A stretch of 64,000 nt of DNA from Bacteroidota bacterium (GTDB lineage Bacteria; Bacteroidota; Ignavibacteria; UBA10030; UBA6906): positions 10,429-74,428 of the forward strand of contig JBFLYO010000012.1 of the NCBI GenBank assembly GCA_040756745.1, written 5' to 3'. This document shows, in pieces, positions 36,897 to 47,010 of the stretch. A model generated the notes under the pieces. The model made no database searches and had not been told where the DNA came from. It saw nothing but the letters and a program-made list of their open reading frames with translations. The translations under genes and the position numbers were made by a program. Position 1 is the first letter of the stretch. Each line of letters begins with the position of its first letter.

Positions 36897-38534
36897 TCGA
36901 AGGGGCCCCGCGTTCCTCACCTCGACAGGGCAGCCCGACTCGAACTTCTTGAAGTTCTCAATGAACCGCGAGGCAAGCTCGCGATATCGTTGCATATAGC
37001 CGTCGCGGTCAGGCCACGACGCGGCCGGATTGAGGATGTGCGCAGGAACGTCAGCGCACTCCTGCGGGACGTCGAAGCCGAAGACCGGGTCGGCCGCGTA
37101 CGGCACCTTCAGCAGTTCGCCGTTCAGCGCCGCGTTGAGCAGCGCGCGGGTGTACCGGATGCTGATCCGTTTCCCGATCCCGTACGGTCCCCCGATCCAT
37201 CCCGTGTTGACCAGCCAGCAATGCACTCCATATTTCAGGATCTTCCGTTTCAGGAGGTCAGCATAGAACGATGGGTGATGCACCATGAACGGCGCGCCGA
37301 AGCAGGTGCTAAAGGTCATCTCCGGTTCCTTCCCCAGCCCCACCTCGGTGCCTGCAATCTTCGAGGTATACCCCGAGATGAACTGATACAATGCCTGGTC
37401 AGGGGTGAGTCGGGCGATCGGCGGCATGACTCCCGATGCGTCGCAGGTAAGGAGGATGATGTTCTTGGGGTGTCCCCCCATCTTCTCCGGCACAGCATTT
37501 TCGATGTAGCTCAGTGGGTAGGACGCACGTGTGTTCTCCGTGATCGATTCATCATCCAGATCGATCAGGCGTGTCACAGGATCGTAGACGACGTTTTCAA
37601 GGATCGTTCCGAACTTCTGCGTGCAGGCATAGATCTGGGGCTCCGCCGAGGCTGAAAGCTGGATTACCTTCGCGTAGCACCCCCCCTCAAAATTGAACAC
37701 CCCTTCGTCGCTCCATCCATGCTCGTCGTCGCCGATCAGCCGCCGGTGCGGATCTGCAGAAAGCGTTGTCTTTCCGGTTCCTGAGAGCCCGAAGAAGATC
37801 GCGGCATCTCCGTCGTTGCCGGTGTTGGCGGAGCAATGCATCGGCATCACGCCGTTGAGAGGGAGCAGGTAATTCAGGATTGTGAAGATCGACTTCTTGA
37901 TCTCGCCAGCGTAGGCAGTGTTCCCGATGATGCACATCTTCGCCGCAAAATTGAGCACAATGAACGTGCCGCTGGAGGTGCCGTCGATCTGCGGGAGCCC
38001 TTTGAACGATGGCACGCACAGGACGGTGAACTCGGGCACATGACGGCGATACTCTTCGGCGGTTTGAGGGAGGATGAACATATTCCGCGCAAAGTGGCTG
38101 TGCCATGCGAGCTCGCTCACGATTCGGATGGGCATCCGGTATGCGGGATCTGCGCCGGCATAGCAATCCTGGACGAATACATCCCTCCCCTGCATGAACC
38201 CCTGCAGGCGGTTGAACAGGTCGTTGAACTTTTCCGTGCTGAAAGGTCTGTTATACTCTCCCCACCAGACATGCCTCTCCGTCGATGGTTCCCGCACGAT
38301 AAACTTGTCATTGGCGGAACGGGCCGTATGTGCACCGGTGTTTGCCACGAGGGGTCCCATGTGCGTAATGCGTGCCTCCCTGCGGAAACTGATTTCCTCG
38401 TAGAGTGATTCCGTCGGAAGGTTCCAATACGCCATCCGGAGGTTGGACAGGCCATGGTTGTCGAGACCGAAGTCGCTGCGCAGGGCCTGCGCCTCCCCCT
38501 GGGCGGGGGTCCTGATGTCCAGGATATTGTTCAT
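36891..38534 (-). CDS. pckA: Phosphoenolpyruvate carboxykinase (ATP)
   Basis: PEPCK-ATP kinase-1a motif (GLSGTGKTTLS) and a characteristic N-terminus (…GLSNLRMAYWNLPTESLYEE…). Confidence 0.93.
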   Translation of the reverse strand: MNNILDIRTPAQGEAQALRSDFGLDNHGLSNLRMAYWNLPTESLYEEISFRREARITHMGPLVANTGAHTARSANDKFIVREPSTERHVWWGEYNRPFSTEKFNDLFNRLQGFMQGRDVFVQDCYAGADPAYRMPIRIVSELAWHSHFARNMFILPQTAEEYRRHVPEFTVLCVPSFKGLPQIDGTSSGTFIVLNFAAKMCIIGNTAYAGEIKKSIFTILNYLLPLNGVMPMHCSANTGNDGDAAIFFGLSGTGKTTLSADPHRRLIGDDEHGWSDEGVFNFEGGCYAKVIQLSASAEPQIYACTQKFGTILENVVYDPVTRLIDLDDESITENTRASYPLSYIENAVPEKMGGHPKNIILLTCDASGVMPPIARLTPDQALYQFISGYTSKIAGTEVGLGKEPEMTFSTCFGAPFMVHHPSFYADLLKRKILKYGVHCWLVNTGWIGGPYGIGKRISIRYTRALLNAALNGELLKVPYAADPVFGFDVPQECADVPAHILNPAASWPDRDGYMQRYRELASRFIENFKKFESGCPVEVRNAGPLRS

Positions 38535-39751
38535 AGCCAGTCTCGCACCAGTTTCCGTTCGCCGATGTAAATCTCGTTGGGGGATGAAGGATCAAGGGCC
38601 CACTTGATCCGCTCGATTCCCTGCTTCACGTCCTTCACCGTCGTCGCATAGCTGAGCCGGAGATGCCCTTCCATCCCAAACTCCTTGCCGGGGACGGTCA
38701 CCACGAGGGCTGTGCGCAGCAGAAACCGGGAGAGCTCGACAGAGTTAGCGTTGTAGGCGCGGAAATCCGGAAGACAGTAGTACGTGCCGTTGGGTTTCAC
38801 GGTCCTGACGCCGTTGAACGACTCGAGCTCCTGCATCATCACATTACGATTGTTCTCGAGCGTCAGGCGAAGCGTCTCGACGGCGCTCTGAAGACCTGTG
38901 AGCGCCCCCTCCGCGGCGGCCTGCAGGAGGAGGGAGGTGCACGAGGTCGTCTGCGCCTGCACGTTAATCATCACTTCGGTGAGCGCTTTGCTTGCGATGA
39001 CCCAGCCGATTCTGAACCCGGTCATGCCGTAGAGCTTGGAAATGCCGTTGATGCTGATGACGCGTGTCGATTCGATATCTTTGGTGGTGAAACGGTATGC
39101 AGGTACGGCGGTCGTTCCATCGAACACAAGCTTATGGTAGATATCGTCCATAATCAAATAGATCCCCTTGCGCTCGCAGAACTCCACCAGTTCGGCAATG
39201 AGCGCCTCGGGGTAGACGACTCCGGAAGGATTGTTGGGGCTGTTGACGATGATCGCCCTCGTGTAGGAGCTGACGGCCTGCTCGATGTCCTTCAACCGCG
39301 GAACGAATCTCCCATCCTCCGGGGTGACAATAACGGGGCGGCCGTACACCATCTTGATCATTTCGGGGTAGCTGACCCAGTAGGGGGCAATGACGATCAC
39401 TTCATCTTGCGGGTTCAGGATTGTGAAGAGGAGATTGTACAGGGCCTGCTTTGCGCCGCCTGAGACGATCACGTTTTCGGGTGCAACGACGCGGTCGTAG
39501 TTCTCTTCTGTGTAGCGGATGATGGCCTTCTTGAGCGAAGGGATGCCGTCCGTCGGGGTATACTTGATATCCCCCGCATTCAGCTTCGCAGCGGCCGTCA
39601 GGATGGCATTGATCGGGGCCTTGTTCTTGGGCTCGCCGGCCCCCAGATGGATGACCGCCTCCCCTTTTTCGCGCAGGATGCGCGCCTGTTCGTTCAGGCT
39701 GAGGGTCGGCGACTCGGCAATCGACCGCGCTAGTTGACTGATGGTGCTCAT
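38531..39751 (-). CDS. Class I/II PLP-dependent aminotransferase (aspartate aminotransferase-like)
   Basis: PLP-lysine region (SINGISKLYGMTGFRIGW) within an aminotransferase fold. It overlaps the pckA start by 4 nt, suggesting an operon. Confidence 0.85.
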   Translation of the reverse strand: MSTISQLARSIAESPTLSLNEQARILREKGEAVIHLGAGEPKNKAPINAILTAAAKLNAGDIKYTPTDGIPSLKKAIIRYTEENYDRVVAPENVIVSGGAKQALYNLLFTILNPQDEVIVIAPYWVSYPEMIKMVYGRPVIVTPEDGRFVPRLKDIEQAVSSYTRAIIVNSPNNPSGVVYPEALIAELVEFCERKGIYLIMDDIYHKLVFDGTTAVPAYRFTTKDIESTRVISINGISKLYGMTGFRIGWVIASKALTEVMINVQAQTTSCTSLLLQAAAEGALTGLQSAVETLRLTLENNRNVMMQELESFNGVRTVKPNGTYYCLPDFRAYNANSVELSRFLLRTALVVTVPGKEFGMEGHLRLSYATTVKDVKQGIERIKWALDPSSPNEIYIGERKLVRDWL

Positions 39752-40229
39752 GGACGTGGATACCTCTCTGCGGGCAATCCCCTAATCGCTTCGGTGGGAA
39801 TCCTGCTTCCTCGCGACGCCGGGGCCAATGGAGTTCGAGACGATGTGAAGAACGACGTGAGAAGAACGAATGCCGGATCTCTGATGGGCACGGGAACGCG
39901 GGAGATTTCTCGGCGTACTCTGGCAAATGGTACACAAAATCGCCGGCGAAAGCAAGAAACTGATGTTTGACGCAGCTCTCATCAGCGGAGTGACGTGCCT
40001 CACAGGTTGGAGAACACTGCTTGATTCTCCATGAATCTCTTGCTAGCATGATGCGGGCATATCACACCTTCACCGTTCTTTCCGCATCAGTCGTTCATAC
40101 GCTCCCCCGGATCATTTCCCCTCCCTGCGCGTCGCCGCGAGCGCGGTGTTCGCTTGGAAATACACCGGGAATGCGGATGCTGGTCTGGTGAGGGGTATTA
40201 TTCACACCATCTGTAAGGAAGGATTACAC

Positions 40230-41240
40230 ATGAGAAAACTCCTCAGCACGCTTCTGGCGGGGTCACTGCTTGCGGCCCTGGTCACACTCGATTACGGCTG
40301 CAAGAAGGATGACGGCACAACGAATCCGATACAGACAGTGCCCACGTATCCCGTTGCGATGACTGTGCAGAGCCCGTCCGGTCAGCCGCAGGGGGGGGCA
40401 CTGGTGTCGCTGAAGAACCCTCCCTACGCCGATCCGACGTTCCAGGCCTATACGGACACGGCAGGGAAGGCGACCATCATGGCTCCCGAAGGACCACAGA
40501 CGATCGTGGCAAAGATGGGTACCATCTTCCAGACCGAAGTCAACGTGACGGTTGTGAAGTCTACCTCGCCCCTTGTCGTTCCGCCGGTCCGGCTGGTGCA
40601 GAATACGGCATTGAAGGTCCTCGTGGTGAAGGCCAGTGCGGAACAGTTGGAGGACGTGCTGCGGGTGATCGGATTCACAACGTTCGATTCGACGACGATC
40701 TACGCTCTACGTGACTCTGCCAACCTTGACTCTGCGCGCACGCTGAACAGCCTGAGGCAGTACTCGTTGATCTTCTCGGATTGCGATGGCGGAAGCGAGG
40801 GCTCCAGCAATTATGCCGCCCTCTCCAGAGTCTACGGGCGGTACGTGCAGGGTGGTGGAAAAATGTATGGCGGCCATTACAACTACTACCATCTGCAGCG
40901 GGTCTGGACCACGTACTTTGATGCGTATGATTATCAAGGGAATTCGTCAACGGACACGCTGAGGATCATCGACCAGAATCTGTCGAGTTACGTTGGATAC
41001 TCGATTGCGCGATGGAACTCCATCGATTCCCGTAACTTGTCAGGATACGAGAAATTCAGCGACCTTCCTGCAACGTCGAAAGTCTATGCGGTCATCAAGA
41101 ATACCTCTCCCCAGGTCGGGGTCATCGTTGAGAACTACGTCGGCACGGGAAAGTATCTTTGGACCGACTACCACAACCAGGACATCAAGGACGACCCGAA
41201 CCTGGTCAAACTCGTGAAATATTTCCTCTATTCGCTGTAA
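40230..41240 (+). CDS. Hypothetical lipoprotein
   Basis: Lipoprotein signal (MRKLLSTLLAGSLLAALVTLDYGCKKDDG) with RBS AAGGAAGGA upstream. No recognisable catalytic motif. Confidence 0.6.
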   Translation: MRKLLSTLLAGSLLAALVTLDYGCKKDDGTTNPIQTVPTYPVAMTVQSPSGQPQGGALVSLKNPPYADPTFQAYTDTAGKATIMAPEGPQTIVAKMGTIFQTEVNVTVVKSTSPLVVPPVRLVQNTALKVLVVKASAEQLEDVLRVIGFTTFDSTTIYALRDSANLDSARTLNSLRQYSLIFSDCDGGSEGSSNYAALSRVYGRYVQGGGKMYGGHYNYYHLQRVWTTYFDAYDYQGNSSTDTLRIIDQNLSSYVGYSIARWNSIDSRNLSGYEKFSDLPATSKVYAVIKNTSPQVGVIVENYVGTGKYLWTDYHNQDIKDDPNLVKLVKYFLYSL

Positions 41241-41262
41241 TGACGATGCGGGTCTGACCGGA

Positions 41263-41295
41263 GCCGACCCGCCGTGCGCGGGTCGGCTTTTTTTT
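41263..41295 (+). terminator. Strong intrinsic terminator
   Basis: 10-bp stem GCCGACCCGC / GCGGGTCGGC followed by T8. Confidence 0.75.
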
Positions 41296-41310
41296 GTATA
41301 CTGGTCGGCG

Positions 41311-42207
41311 ATGAAATCTTCCGTACATCGTGCGACCACCGCCGCCGGATTGCGGACTGCATTGACCGGTGTCGTGGCAAACATGTTCCTCGCGGCAGTG
41401 AAGGCGATCGCCGGTATTGCAGGCAATTCCTACGCGCTCATCGCGGACGCGATCGAATCGACGTCCGACATCGCCAGCTCCCTCATCGTCCTGGGCGGGC
41501 TCAAGATCGCCGCGATCCCCGCCGACGAGGATCACCCGTACGGCCACGGCAAGGCAGAGCCGATCGCTGCAGTGGTGGTATCAATGGCCCTGATGACCGC
41601 GGCCGTCGGCATTGCCATCGAGAGCATCCGGGAGATTGCAACGCCCCATCACGCACCGGCACCGTTCACACTCGCCGTTCTGACGGGAGTCGTGATCGTG
41701 AAAGAGACGCTCTTCCGATACGTGTTCCGCGTCGGTCAATCCAGCAACAGCACGGCGCTGAAGACCGAGGCGTGGCACCACCGCGGCGATGCCATCACAT
41801 CTTCCGCCGCGTTTATCGGCATTGCGATCGCGCTTGTCGGCGGGGAGGGGTATGAAAGTGCCGATGACTATGCAGCGCTCTTTGCCTCTTGCATCATCGT
41901 CTGGAACGGCGTGCGCCTCTTCAGACCGGCGTTCGGAGAACTCATGGACGTAGCCCCGCCGCCGGAGATCGAGCAGCAGATCCGGACCGCGGCGGCAGCG
42001 GTATCAGGCGTCTCAACGCTCGACAAATGCTTCGTGCGGAAAATGGGACTTGAATACTACGTGGACCTCCACGTGGTCGTGAACGGTGATATGCCTGTGA
42101 GGCAGGGGCATCAGATTGCGCATGAAGTAAAAGATGCCATCCGGCAGGCAAACCCCAAGGTGTCGGACGTCCTTGTCCACATCGAACCGGCGGGAGAATT
42201 GATCTGA
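41311..42207 (+). CDS. Cation diffusion facilitator (CDF) family transporter
   Basis: Six TM helices with conserved Asp/His-containing TM2 and TM5 (…ADAIESTSDIASS…, …AWHHRGDAITSS…) and a C-terminal cytoplasmic domain. Confidence 0.85.
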   Translation: MKSSVHRATTAAGLRTALTGVVANMFLAAVKAIAGIAGNSYALIADAIESTSDIASSLIVLGGLKIAAIPADEDHPYGHGKAEPIAAVVVSMALMTAAVGIAIESIREIATPHHAPAPFTLAVLTGVVIVKETLFRYVFRVGQSSNSTALKTEAWHHRGDAITSSAAFIGIAIALVGGEGYESADDYAALFASCIIVWNGVRLFRPAFGELMDVAPPPEIEQQIRTAAAAVSGVSTLDKCFVRKMGLEYYVDLHVVVNGDMPVRQGHQIAHEVKDAIRQANPKVSDVLVHIEPAGELI

Positions 42208-42308
42208 GCCTGTCGGTCACTTCGGTCGTTCTCCAACATTTCACTGAAACCACCCCGCTCGGGCGGGGTTGATGTCTGTGCTCGCGACTCAATCTGGAGT
42301 AAGACTCA

Positions 42309-43193
42309 ATGCGGCAGAATGTGGTGCTCTGGATCGTTTCCTTGCTGATCACAACAGGTACGGCGTACTATCAGCGAGTGACCGGTCCGACCTACCCGCT
42401 CGAAGGGAAAGCGGTCGTGGACGGCAAGCCAATCGCGTACCGATTTGAGCGAAGTCAGAGTGGGGGGGAGAAGGCGCGTGTCTGCCTTTCGGTGCCGGGG
42501 CACGATGTCGAGGGGGTCCTTATCTGGAGACTATTCCGATCGGGGGACCCGTGGACGAGTGTTCCCATGATGCGCCACGGAGACACGCTGTCGGCGTGCC
42601 TTCCCCCACAGCTCGCGGCCGTCAAGCTGGAGTACGTCGTCCGTCTCACCTCATTGCACGAAGACGCCGTGCTCCCCGCCGGACCTCCGGTGATCATCCG
42701 GTTCAAGGGAGAAGTGCCACTGGGAATCCTTGTCGCCCATGTGATCGCGATGTTCGGCGCGATGCTGTGTTCTACACGGGCTGGGTTGGAGATTTTCCGG
42801 CGTGAGCGCCGCTACTTCAGCCTCACGCTCTGGACCGTGGGCTTCCTTGTCGTGGGGGGACTGATCCTCGGCCCGATTGTCCAGCGCTACGCATTCGGGG
42901 CGTACTGGACGGGCTGGCCTGTGGGGACTGATCTGACGGACAATAAGACGCTCATTGCGCTCATCGCGTGGGCTGGCGCGGTCGTTGCGTTGAAAACTGT
43001 GCCGCGTCCGGGTATGTGGGTGACTCTCGCTGCATTGATTTTGATCGGCGTCTTCCTGATCCCCCATAGTCTGAGAGGGTCTGAACTCAGGCCAGAAAAG
43101 TCCGGGACCGGCTCCGGCATCGTCGTTTCGGACACCACGACCACGGATCAGGAAGACTCTGCGGGGGGTGATGAGCTCCCCGCGTTCTACTAG
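42309..43193 (+). CDS. Hypothetical membrane protein
   Basis: N-terminal TM helix, a soluble segment, then about 4 TM helices. No motif recognised. Confidence 0.5.
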   Translation: MRQNVVLWIVSLLITTGTAYYQRVTGPTYPLEGKAVVDGKPIAYRFERSQSGGEKARVCLSVPGHDVEGVLIWRLFRSGDPWTSVPMMRHGDTLSACLPPQLAAVKLEYVVRLTSLHEDAVLPAGPPVIIRFKGEVPLGILVAHVIAMFGAMLCSTRAGLEIFRRERRYFSLTLWTVGFLVVGGLILGPIVQRYAFGAYWTGWPVGTDLTDNKTLIALIAWAGAVVALKTVPRPGMWVTLAALILIGVFLIPHSLRGSELRPEKSGTGSGIVVSDTTTTDQEDSAGGDELPAFY

Positions 43194-43223
43194 TCCGGCT
43201 CTGATCTTCTCCCCGAAGGCAGG

Positions 43224-43817
43224 ATGAAAACAACGGAACGGGAACCGTTACCCCGGCAGGATCTTCGAAGCGCAACGGCACAACCGACGCGGCTCCTTAC
43301 GCTGACCGGGCTGCCTGGGATCCTCGCCGGTTTGATCGGCACCGGGGGAGCGGCCGGAGCACATGCCGTAGTCACCTCCGAGGGCGGAGAGGCATCAAAG
43401 ATCGGGTTCATCGCCCTCATCGGTGCGGGAGCTGCACTCCTGACGATCGGATGTTCAGCGTTCCACTCCGCACGGCGCCTCTCCCACTGGGGAAAAACCG
43501 CCTGGAGCGCCGCCGACAGGGAAGTTGTCCGGGAAATGGCAACCCCTCTCCTTGCCGGGCTGATGTTCACTGCGGTGCTTGTGATGCACCGGATGTTCAT
43601 GGCGATTCCGGGAAGTCTTCTTGTCTTCTACGGTCTCTCGCTCGATGCTGCCGCGAAAGCAACCCGCCCGGAAGTGCGATGGCTTGCCTGGATTGAAATC
43701 GCCCTCGGCATGATCGCCTTCGTTTTCACGGAACATGCGCTGACGTACTGGGCGGTCGGATTCGGGATCTCTCACATCCTGTACGGCGGCCTCATGTACT
43801 TCAAGGACGAGGTGTAG
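43224..43817 (+). CDS. Hypothetical membrane protein
   Basis: About 5 predicted TM helices. No motif recognised. Confidence 0.5.
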   Translation: MKTTEREPLPRQDLRSATAQPTRLLTLTGLPGILAGLIGTGGAAGAHAVVTSEGGEASKIGFIALIGAGAALLTIGCSAFHSARRLSHWGKTAWSAADREVVREMATPLLAGLMFTAVLVMHRMFMAIPGSLLVFYGLSLDAAAKATRPEVRWLAWIEIALGMIAFVFTEHALTYWAVGFGISHILYGGLMYFKDEV

Positions 43818-43828
43818 AATCCCAACCC

Positions 43829-46288
43829 TCACTCATCGTCCTTCCTACCGTCAGGCCTTAACCGCACGAACGCGCTTCTGACCGGTGCTGGCATCGGCGA
43901 GTCTCCCCCTCGCACGGAACGCCAGACGATTTCGCTGAGCTCAATATCAGGGATCGCATCCTGGGTCGAGAAATCCATCAGCTCGCTCCTCCCCTGGCCG
44001 TAAGCTCCAGGCGGGTTTTTCTCCTCAAGATCGACGCGGGCAGGCCGGTGGTCATAAGGTGCCAGGTCAGCCTTCGCAGTGAACGACGCGAACATGGGGG
44101 TGGCGCTTGCGTCGAACTGCGAAAGGGGCGGGAGGCCAAGAATGAGCTCCATGGTTCGCACCATGCTGCTCGTGGAGTAGAGCTCGCTGTCGATGTGGCC
44201 GTGGCGCACGTACGGACTGATGAGCAGCGCCACCGTGCGATGCGCATCGACATGATCGGGGCCGTTCTGGGCATCGTCTTCAATGACGAAAATCGCCGAG
44301 CTGGCCCAGTAGCGGCTGTGGGAAATCCTATCCACGATCATCCCAAGGGCAAGATCGTTTTGGGCCACGTACGCTCGGGGCGTTGGTTTCCCTCTGCGCG
44401 TCCCCTCCGTGTGGTCGTTCGGCAACTTGATAGTCTGGAACTGCGGCAAACCCCCTTCCCGTTCGTACCGTTCAAACTCGACCTCCCAGTCCTTGACGCG
44501 CTGCAGATCCGAGTAGTCCAGATCCCATCCGCGGTAGTGGGGGGCGACGTGCCCCTCAAGCGAGGGGAGCAGGGCGCGGGCGCTGTCACCGGGAGTTTCT
44601 GCATTTCGTGCAAACTCCCCGTACGTCCTGTACGTTACTCCATGTCTGTTACAGAGATCCCAGAGATAGCCGCCCGAAGGGTACACAATCGGGGTCCCTC
44701 CTTCATACACGTACTCTCCGCCCCTCCCGCCGTACGAGGTTGGCCAGGTTTTCTCTGTGTAATCGGTCGCATAGGCGCCCATCGTCCAGTTGTGCCCGTC
44801 GGCGCTCACCTCGGCATCCGCATAGAAATTGTCCAGGAGGACAAATTGCCTTGCCAATGCATGATGGTTCGGTGTCACCGATTCGCCGAACAGGCAGAGC
44901 GCCGGGTCGCTGTTTCCGCGTCCCATATCACCGAAGACCTGATCGTAGGTTCGGTTTTCCTTGATGATGTAGAAGACATGCTTGATCGGCGAAGACTGCC
45001 CAGGGCGGTGAGGTATGGGATTCGATTCATCGGGCGGGGGAGGAGGCGAAGTGGTGCGGGAATTCTCATACACGGCCCTGGAATACGCTGCGAGCGCTTG
45101 AGCGTCCGGCGGTTCAATCCGGGAGAGCGATCCCGTGAAGAGCGAGCCGATATATTGCATCGATCGACGTGCCGCTTCGGGATTCGGACCACCGGGGTTC
45201 GGCATGCTCTGTCCTCCCTTCCCGTTAGCGACGATGATGCGGCCCGAGGAGGGGAGAACCTTCACGCACGTCGGATACCATCCCGTGGGAATGAAGCCGG
45301 CGGCCCGCGACTGACCCGACCTGCTGACGTCCATGACCGCGAGATAATTGTTGTCCGCGTTCGCGACATACAGGGTCTTCCCGTCGGGGCTGATTGCCAG
45401 GCCGTTCGGTGTGCTCCCGTAGGGAAGAGTGGGAGAAAGGGCGGAAGAGATCGTCTCCGTGACCCGGTTGGACACGAGATCAATGACGGAGACGGTATTC
45501 GTGTTCGCGTTGGCGACGAACAGCCGGTCGCCATCAGGCGTTTCGAGCATGTCGCAGGGATGGTCACCAACCGGAATCGTTCGGACGATCCGGTGCGAGG
45601 CCCGGTCCACGCATGCCACGGCTGCACCTCCCCAGAGCGACACATACGTGAATGGGTGCCGACGCGATACAAGGCAGGTGTAGGGCGTCGCCGGAAGAGT
45701 AAGGGAGGTGAGCACCTTCCTGTCGGAGAGCCGTATGACGTTCAGCGACCTGTTCTCCTTCCCGGCGGCATACACGGTCCCACGCTCCTCATCAATGTCG
45801 ATCCCGGCAACCCACACGCTTGCGGCGGGAAGTGGGGGAGCAATGATAAGCGAGTCGACGCGGTGGAGATCTCCGCCGGAGAATTCGTAGATGTCGACCC
45901 GGTTATCGTTCCCTCCCGACAGCAGCAGGCGCTTGCCGCCGTCGAAGAGCCGGAGACCGACCCAGGCCTTTGCCACCGGCACAGTACTGATGCGCTTCCA
46001 GGTCGAAACGTCAACAACGCTGATCGAGTGCGCGGCAGTGCCGTTATCTGTCGTAATCACATAGCGTTCGTCGGGCGTGACGACCATGTTCAGGGGGAGT
46101 TCGCCGACCTGTACCTGGAGCCCGGCAGGGGAGAGAAACCACCCGTTCGGAAGCCGCACGCGTCCGTCAGGCAGTCTGCCCGGCAGGGTGCGGGTGGGAG
46201 CAGGAACGCACCCGGTGAGGAAGGCAAGCTGCGCGACAATGATCGCGGCCAGGGACGCCTGGCGTGCGCTTTTCGATCTTTCGGTCAT
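43829..46288 (-). CDS. Lipoprotein fusing an N-terminal YVTN/YncE-type β-propeller to a C-terminal phosphoesterase (PlcC/AcpA-like) domain
   Basis: Lipobox (LAFLTGC) and repeated YVTN-like blades (…YVITTDNGTA…SISVVDV…, …LYVANADNNYLAVMDV…). The C-terminal domain carries phosphoesterase-family motifs (IKHVFYIIKENRTYDQVFGDM, LLDNFYADAEVSADGHNW). Confidence 0.75.
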   Translation of the reverse strand: MTERSKSARQASLAAIIVAQLAFLTGCVPAPTRTLPGRLPDGRVRLPNGWFLSPAGLQVQVGELPLNMVVTPDERYVITTDNGTAAHSISVVDVSTWKRISTVPVAKAWVGLRLFDGGKRLLLSGGNDNRVDIYEFSGGDLHRVDSLIIAPPLPAASVWVAGIDIDEERGTVYAAGKENRSLNVIRLSDRKVLTSLTLPATPYTCLVSRRHPFTYVSLWGGAAVACVDRASHRIVRTIPVGDHPCDMLETPDGDRLFVANANTNTVSVIDLVSNRVTETISSALSPTLPYGSTPNGLAISPDGKTLYVANADNNYLAVMDVSRSGQSRAAGFIPTGWYPTCVKVLPSSGRIIVANGKGGQSMPNPGGPNPEAARRSMQYIGSLFTGSLSRIEPPDAQALAAYSRAVYENSRTTSPPPPPDESNPIPHRPGQSSPIKHVFYIIKENRTYDQVFGDMGRGNSDPALCLFGESVTPNHHALARQFVLLDNFYADAEVSADGHNWTMGAYATDYTEKTWPTSYGGRGGEYVYEGGTPIVYPSGGYLWDLCNRHGVTYRTYGEFARNAETPGDSARALLPSLEGHVAPHYRGWDLDYSDLQRVKDWEVEFERYEREGGLPQFQTIKLPNDHTEGTRRGKPTPRAYVAQNDLALGMIVDRISHSRYWASSAIFVIEDDAQNGPDHVDAHRTVALLISPYVRHGHIDSELYSTSSMVRTMELILGLPPLSQFDASATPMFASFTAKADLAPYDHRPARVDLEEKNPPGAYGQGRSELMDFSTQDAIPDIELSEIVWRSVRGGDSPMPAPVRSAFVRLRPDGRKDDE

Positions 46289-46419
46289 ATGAAGGCCTCG
46301 GGGTCTATGGTAAGGAGCGGGGGTGCCAGAAAGTCCTCCGCGGTGCTGGTGTTTTACCGTTCCGTTTCATACCTTTCCGCGTCACCCCAAACCCACCAAC
46401 CACTTCGGAGGTACCCCCC

Positions 46420-46896
46420 ATGGAACAGTCGCAGCCGACGTACGCCGGGTTCTGGATGAGGTTCCTGGCATACATCATCGATGCAGTCGTGATGAGCATC
46501 GTGAGCTTGATCATTCTCATCCCATTCTTCGGAATACTCGGGGTGACAGCGGCCTCGAATCTGGAATCCGACCTCGAAGATGGCGGAGCCGGGCTGATGG
46601 TCGCCTTGATGGGCACGTACCTCATCAGCGTGGTCATCATCGTCGTCGTCCAGTGGCTGTACTTCGCCCTGATGGAATCGTCCGCCAAGCGGGCGACCCT
46701 CGGCAAGCTTGCTCTCGGCATCGTGGTCACCGACATGGCAGGGAACCGGGTCAGTTTCGGTCGCGCAACGGGCCGGTACTTTGGCAAAATCGTTTCTGGA
46801 CTGATCCTGTGCATCGGCTACATCATGGCAGGGTTCACGCAACAGAAACAGGCACTGCACGATATCATGGCAGGCTGTCTGGTCGTGCGGAAGTAG
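46420..46896 (+). CDS. RDD-family membrane protein
   Basis: RDD-domain-like pattern (WMRFLAYIIDAVVMSIV…) with three TM helices. Confidence 0.6.
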   Translation: MEQSQPTYAGFWMRFLAYIIDAVVMSIVSLIILIPFFGILGVTAASNLESDLEDGGAGLMVALMGTYLISVVIIVVVQWLYFALMESSAKRATLGKLALGIVVTDMAGNRVSFGRATGRYFGKIVSGLILCIGYIMAGFTQQKQALHDIMAGCLVVRK

Positions 46897-46927
46897 TACA
46901 GCAACAACTTCTCGGGTCTCCCATGTA

Positions 46928-46961
46928 TTCCCTCCCTCTGCGATCGCGCAGAGGGAGGGAA
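46928..46961. terminator. Bidirectional hairpin terminator (perfect 15-bp stem)
   Basis: TTCCCTCCCTCTGCG-ATCG-CGCAGAGGGAGGGAA, lying between the convergent RDD (+) and HEAT-PPIase (-) genes. Confidence 0.6.
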
Positions 46962-47010
46962 GTGTGCAATTGCGCGTCACCCTCGCTGCTCTCGATCGCT
47001 GCCCCCTCCC

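Noticed and set aside
36990-39463. Plus-strand ORFs (221, 190 and 266 aa) across pckA and the aminotransferase
   Set aside because: They are antisense to two genes with strong catalytic-motif support (GLSGTGKTT P-loop and PLP-Lys region).
44048-46459. 803-aa plus-strand ORF
   Set aside because: It is antisense to the propeller-phosphoesterase lipoprotein, with low-complexity R/G/P-rich sequence and no start or RBS context.
46928-46961. GCGATCGC (the cyanobacterial HIP1 octamer) inside the bidirectional terminator; also seen at about 59415 and 63199
   Set aside because: Three occurrences in 64 kb is close to random expectation for an 8-mer at this GC content. There is no evidence of HIP1-type enrichment or of cyanobacterial origin, since NuoG is present.
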